A stretch of 64,000 bases of DNA from a virus, in the IMG/VR virus record IMGVR_UViG_3300035228_001133, positions 1 through 64,000 of that record; one strand, written 5' to 3'. This document shows positions 59,542-64,000 of this stretch, one piece after another (position 1 is the first letter of the stretch; every line of letters starts with the position of its first letter). Made by a program: the position numbers and the translations under genes. The notes beneath the pieces are model-generated. The model was not told where the DNA came from. It worked only from the letters and a program-made list of their open reading frames with translations, and ran no database searches.

Positions 59542-61832
59542 TGCCCCTAAATCCATTTTTCCTTCACGGTTCACCAAGCGAACAGAGATTGGTTCAGGAC
59601 TTGGTTAACGAACATCTAAAAATGTTCGGTCAGGATGTCTTGTACATGCCTAGGAGGATTGTTAATGAGCAAACAGTTATTAAAGAAATAACTGCATCTA
59701 GGTTCGATGATAGTTTTAGACTTGAAGCTTACTTGGTTAACTTTGATGGATTTGGAAGTCCATCCGAAATTCTATCAAAATTTGGAGTTAGATCACAAGA
59801 CGAGATACAATTAGTCATATCCAAAGAAAGATATGATGATTTTATATCTCCTCTATTGAAGTTGTGGCCAGAAGATGAAATTAAAGTTGCAACTAGGCCT
59901 CAGGAAGGTGACTTAATATATTTGCCACTAGATAATGCATTATTTGAAATTAAGTTTGTAGAAACAAAAGTTCCTTTCTATCAACTTAATGATCTATACA
60001 TGTATGAATTGAGGTGTGAGATATTTGAATATGAAGATGAGATCATCGATCTTCCAGATACTCTTGCTGGTGTCAACGGTGATGAAGTTATGGAACCCAT
60101 ATCTATGGGTGGTCAAGTACTATCTCTTCAGTTGGCCAAGGATACTTATAGTAATGCAACTGCATCAGTGTCTCTTGCATCTACAATCTTTGGAACAAAG
60201 TCCGTACAATATATTCAATTATTCAACGATGGTAATTATAAAGCAACACCATCAGTATATGTTTCAAAACCAACCAGAGGAAATCAATCTACTGGTATTG
60301 CAACTGCGGTCAATGGTCGTGTAAAAACAGCAACCATAGATTTTGCTGGAACAAATTACATTCAAATTCCTCAAGTAACCTTTACTCCACCAAATAGAAC
60401 AGTTGCAACACAAACTAAGTTTGGCAATAATTCACTATATCATAGTACTGCTCAGGATACAGAAACATCTAAATTTGAGTTTGTATCTAATATCGACTCA
60501 AGAGATACTGAAGATGGGAGATTGTCTTTGAGTATGTGGTTTTATCCAACTACCTTTGAACCAAATCCATCTTATGGCGGAGTTATTTTATGGTCCGATA
60601 GAATCAAATTATATCATAGAGAATCTGGTACGGTAGTATTTGCTTCTGGATCAACTGCTATTGAAAATCCAAATCCTCTTACACTGAATGCATGGAACTT
60701 CATTAGAATAGAACAACATGGTTCTAATGCCAAACTCTGTGTGAATGGCAATCCTGGATCTGAGTATAGTAATGCAGACCCAATCATGTTCTTTGCGAGC
60801 AACCAATTACATTATGGTGCAGATGCTTCTGGTCTAGGTAAACTAGACACAATCAATGATGGATATATTGGATATCTGGATCATGTGACTCTTAATATTA
60901 CTGGGGATACTTCTTTCAGAACTGCTAGTGAAGCTCTTATTCCAACAACAACATCAGAACAAGAAATAGATACACCGACATCTAAGACATCTCAGTTCGT
61001 TGAGAACCTGAATAATGAATATCCAGAAGTGTATGCCTCTCTTAATGCTGATAGAGAAGTATCTGGACTACAAATTGTTTATGGTGGTAGTGGATATGTT
61101 TCCAGTCCATTGATGACTATTGAGAAACCAGATCTTGGTCAACAGGCAACTGCAGTTGCTATTATGACCAGTAGGACTGGTGTTTCTAATTACGCTATTG
61201 ATAGAGTTCTAGTAATCAATCCAGGAACTGGATATACTACACCTCCAGATATTACTTTCAGTAGAGGTAAACCAACATCGGTTGCTATTGCTACCGCAAT
61301 AGTTTCAACTGGTGTTTTGGGACCAGTAACAATTGATGCAGGTGGATTCGGATATGGATTCACCCCAACAGTTGGAGTTACATCAGTATTCATTCCACAG
61401 TCCAGTAATACCTCAGATCTAATTAAAAACGCACAGGCAGAATCAGTTGTAAGTACTGGATCTAGTGTCTTTCAAATTAGATTCTCTAATGCAGGAACTG
61501 GTTACACTGCGGTTTCTCCATTAGTAGATATTCAAGAAGTTGTAAATCCATTCTTTGGCGATTTCTTAATTGGAGAATCTGTGAGAGGAGTTTCTAGTGG
61601 CACAAGCGCACTTGTTGCTTCTTGGGATTCTGGTAATAGAATCTTAAAACTTGGCAATGTAACTGGAGATTTCCAGTATGGAGAAACGATCGTTGGTGCT
61701 GCAGCAAGTTATACTGTGGCTACTGCCAATTCTAATTTTGAAAACAATGAGTTTGCTTCCAATGATGATATCGAATTTGAAGCAGATAGCATCATTGATT
61801 TTACAGAAAGAAATCCTTTTGGGGAAGTCTAA
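59541..61832 (+). CDS. gp14: Neck protein gp14 with large insertions (LamG/ConA-like domain)
   Basis: 'EQ.LVQDL.NE', 'RP.EGDLIY', 'YEL.CE.FEY', C-terminal 'DFTE.NPFG'. Confidence 0.9.
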   Translation: MPLNPFFLHGSPSEQRLVQDLVNEHLKMFGQDVLYMPRRIVNEQTVIKEITASRFDDSFRLEAYLVNFDGFGSPSEILSKFGVRSQDEIQLVISKERYDDFISPLLKLWPEDEIKVATRPQEGDLIYLPLDNALFEIKFVETKVPFYQLNDLYMYELRCEIFEYEDEIIDLPDTLAGVNGDEVMEPISMGGQVLSLQLAKDTYSNATASVSLASTIFGTKSVQYIQLFNDGNYKATPSVYVSKPTRGNQSTGIATAVNGRVKTATIDFAGTNYIQIPQVTFTPPNRTVATQTKFGNNSLYHSTAQDTETSKFEFVSNIDSRDTEDGRLSLSMWFYPTTFEPNPSYGGVILWSDRIKLYHRESGTVVFASGSTAIENPNPLTLNAWNFIRIEQHGSNAKLCVNGNPGSEYSNADPIMFFASNQLHYGADASGLGKLDTINDGYIGYLDHVTLNITGDTSFRTASEALIPTTTSEQEIDTPTSKTSQFVENLNNEYPEVYASLNADREVSGLQIVYGGSGYVSSPLMTIEKPDLGQQATAVAIMTSRTGVSNYAIDRVLVINPGTGYTTPPDITFSRGKPTSVAIATAIVSTGVLGPVTIDAGGFGYGFTPTVGVTSVFIPQSSNTSDLIKNAQAESVVSTGSSVFQIRFSNAGTGYTAVSPLVDIQEVVNPFFGDFLIGESVRGVSSGTSALVASWDSGNRILKLGNVTGDFQYGETIVGAAASYTVATANSNFENNEFASNDDIEFEADSIIDFTERNPFGEV

Positions 61833-61852
61833 ATAATTAAAAATACTGTATC

Positions 61853-62932
61853 ATGTTAACTTCCCATTTTTATCACGAAATTATTAGAAAGATAATTATT
61901 TCTTTCGGAACTCTTTTTAATGGGATAGAAATAAAACATCAAGATAAAAATGACAATACATTTAGTGTCTTTAATGTTCCAATCTCTTATGGACCAACTC
62001 AAAAGTTTCTAGCACGACTAGAGCAAAGTAGAGATTTAAGATCTCCAGGTAAACCAGCTGGTGCGATTACATTACCTAGAATGTCATTTGAAATGATCGG
62101 AGTTGAATATGATTCTAGTAGAAAAATTTCTACTATGCAAACTTTTAAGGCTGTTAATAAAGATACAAACAAATTGATTAAGGGATATATGCCTGTCCCA
62201 TATAATATTAATATGCAATTGAGTATACTAACGAAACTCAATGAAGATGCTCTCCAAATATTAGAACAAATTTTACCTTATTTTCAACCATCATTTAATC
62301 TAACAGTTAATCTTACTAATACAATTGGAGAAACTAGAGATATTCCAATTGTATTAGAAGCAATTCAGATGGATGATAATTATGAAGGAGACTTCTTAAC
62401 CAGAAGAGCTTTAATTTATACTTTGAATTTTACTTGTAAAGCATATCTTTACGGACCCATTAATGCAACTACTGATGGACTCATCAAGAAAGTTCAGGTT
62501 GATTATATGCAGGGAACTGATAATCTCAAAACTCCAGATAGACAACTTAGATATACTGCTGTCCCTATTGCTATTAAAGATTATGATAATGATGATACTG
62601 CCAGAACTGGAGAAGTATTTAATGATCAAGTAACTGCATTTACTGTGTCTGATGCAACTCCGTTTGTTTCTAATAGTTACATTCAAATTGATGAAGAAGT
62701 TATGAGAATCAAGTCCAAGAGTGGACAACGATTACATGTAGAAAGGGGAGAATATGGAACTGTTGCTGTACCCCACGATATCGATGTTCAGATTAATGCA
62801 ATTACCATTCAAGATGATGCATATGTAGAAGCAAATCTAGATGAGGATGATTTTGGATTTGGTGAAACAAGAACTGAATATCAGGATGGACAAGTTTATA
62901 GTATCAGTCAGAGTAGAGATAGTGACTTATGA
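61853..62932 (+). CDS. gp15: Tail sheath stabiliser/completion protein gp15
   Basis: 'FYHEI.RK....FGTLFN', 'LPRMSFE', 'EQILPYFQP'; CTAAATA at 61829-61835. Confidence 0.93.
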   Translation: MLTSHFYHEIIRKIIISFGTLFNGIEIKHQDKNDNTFSVFNVPISYGPTQKFLARLEQSRDLRSPGKPAGAITLPRMSFEMIGVEYDSSRKISTMQTFKAVNKDTNKLIKGYMPVPYNINMQLSILTKLNEDALQILEQILPYFQPSFNLTVNLTNTIGETRDIPIVLEAIQMDDNYEGDFLTRRALIYTLNFTCKAYLYGPINATTDGLIKKVQVDYMQGTDNLKTPDRQLRYTAVPIAIKDYDNDDTARTGEVFNDQVTAFTVSDATPFVSNSYIQIDEEVMRIKSKSGQRLHVERGEYGTVAVPHDIDVQINAITIQDDAYVEANLDEDDFGFGETRTEYQDGQVYSISQSRDSDL

Positions 62933-63357
62933 GCAAGAACTTTGATACTATTGACGAGTCCCTAGACATTACTCCTTCGGAAGTATTGCCCGAGGAAAAA
63001 CCTGTCGTCAAAAAGAAACCTGTGCGAGAAGAAAAACCAGATATTGATAGAGACTATGAGTATACTAGGGGTCATCTATATTCTTTGATTGAGAAAGGAC
63101 AGGAAGCAATTGATGGTATTCTTGAGTTATCACAAGAATCAGATTCACCTAGAGCTTATGAAGTTGCTGGACAACTAATAAAAAATGTGGCTGATACCAC
63201 AGATAAATTAATGGACCTTCAGAAGAAACTGAAAGATGTCAATGAGGAATCGAAAAGAAGCCCTACTAATGTCACTAATAATGCATTGTTTGTTGGAAGT
63301 ACAGCAGATCTACAAAAGATGTTGAAACAAGCATCTAAAGATAACCAATCTAAATAA
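62929..63357 (+). CDS. gp16: Terminase small subunit gp16
   Basis: 'DYEY.R', 'PRAYEVAGQLIK', 'NNALFVGST.DLQKML'. Confidence 0.93.
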   Translation: MSKNFDTIDESLDITPSEVLPEEKPVVKKKPVREEKPDIDRDYEYTRGHLYSLIEKGQEAIDGILELSQESDSPRAYEVAGQLIKNVADTTDKLMDLQKKLKDVNEESKRSPTNVTNNALFVGSTADLQKMLKQASKDNQSK

Positions 63358-63378
63358 TCATATAGATGCCTCAGAAAT

Positions 63379-63627
63379 ATGAAATCTTTCCAAACATTTC
63401 TAGGTGAAGGTGTAGACCGAATTGCTATGTATGGAAATTACTATACTATTAATTTAGTTTTTAGAGGATCAACTAAATCTCTTCAAATGTTCTTTCCACA
63501 AAGAGGAAGACCTATGAAGAAAGACGTTCAGTCTGAAGTTGATAAGGTATATCCTGGAGCAAAGGTAATCTATTTCTATCCTGCGGTAAAAGATCCCAGA
63601 GAACCCCTTTTTGTGGTAAACCCCTGA
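63379..63627 (+). CDS. Hypothetical late protein
   Basis: MKSFQTFL.E N-terminus typical of T4-like head-targeted proteins; CTAAATA at 63350-63356. Confidence 0.7.
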   Translation: MKSFQTFLGEGVDRIAMYGNYYTINLVFRGSTKSLQMFFPQRGRPMKKDVQSEVDKVYPGAKVIYFYPAVKDPREPLFVVNP

Positions 63628-63635
63628 ATTAAGTT

Positions 63636-64000
63636 ATGGCTGATAATGGTGTATATCTTGGTAATCCAAATCTCAAAAAATCTAATGTTTCTATTGAGTG
63701 GACTCAAGATCAAGTTAAAGAATACTTAAAGTGTAAGGAAGATCCTTTATATTTTGCAGTTAATTATGTGAAGATTATCAGTCTTGATGAAGGACTGGTT
63801 CCGTTCAAAATGTATGATTTTCAGGAAAAACTTGTAAAAAATTTCCATGATCACAGATTCAACATTTGTAAGATGCCTCGGCAGTCGGGAAAGTCAACAA
63901 CTGTTGTTTCATACCTCCTTCATTACGCACTCTTTAATGATAGCGTTACTATTGGTATACTTGCAAACAAAGCTGCAACTGCCAGAGAACTGTTAGGAAG
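63636..64000 (+). CDS. gp17: Terminase large subunit gp17 (truncated by window end)
   Basis: MADNGVYLGNPNLKK..., 'KC..DP.YF', Walker A MPRQSGKST, 'ILANK...ARE'. Confidence 0.95.
   Translation, partial: MADNGVYLGNPNLKKSNVSIEWTQDQVKEYLKCKEDPLYFAVNYVKIISLDEGLVPFKMYDFQEKLVKNFHDHRFNICKMPRQSGKSTTVVSYLLHYALFNDSVTIGILANKAATARELLG

Noticed and set aside
1-64000. tRNA, rRNA, CRISPR array, integrase/transposase, intron or intein
   Set aside because: None recognisable by eye. The repeats found are coding and lack repeat-spacer periodicity. A tRNAscan/Infernal run would be needed to exclude RNA genes fully.

Overview
This is 64 kb of a T4-like myovirus genome, most consistent with a marine cyanophage (Kyanoviridae-like); that assignment is inferred from gene content and order. 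Layout: (i) 1-4.6 kb, small early-type ORFs, sigma70-like promoters, a non-coding candidate origin/ncRNA region, 2OG-Fe(II) oxygenases and a glycosyltransferase; (ii) 4.7-46 kb, baseplate and fibre module (gp25, gp6, a gp7-like gene apparently split around a fibre gene, gp8, a VrlC/DUF4815-like protein, large repetitive virion proteins); (iii) 46-49.3 kb, three paralogous Cys/Gly-rich proteins plus a tail-fibre assembly chaperone; (iv) 49.4-58.7 kb, a nucleotide-heptose, glycosyltransferase, carbamoyltransferase and oxygenase cluster; (v) gp13-gp14-gp15-gp16 and the start of gp17. The most unusual signal is in the 3' 2 kb of the 1533-aa gene (36006-40607), where stop triplets are strongly depleted in both off-frames of the sense strand. 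A hand count gave none in +1, which leaves a 700-codon overlapping ORF, and 14 in +2. Other leads are a probable virion-glycan (heptosylation/carbamoylation) system, the Cys-rich triad, and a start-less CCGAGCPDCPF peptide frame after it. All family assignments come from motif recognition by eye; no searches were run.
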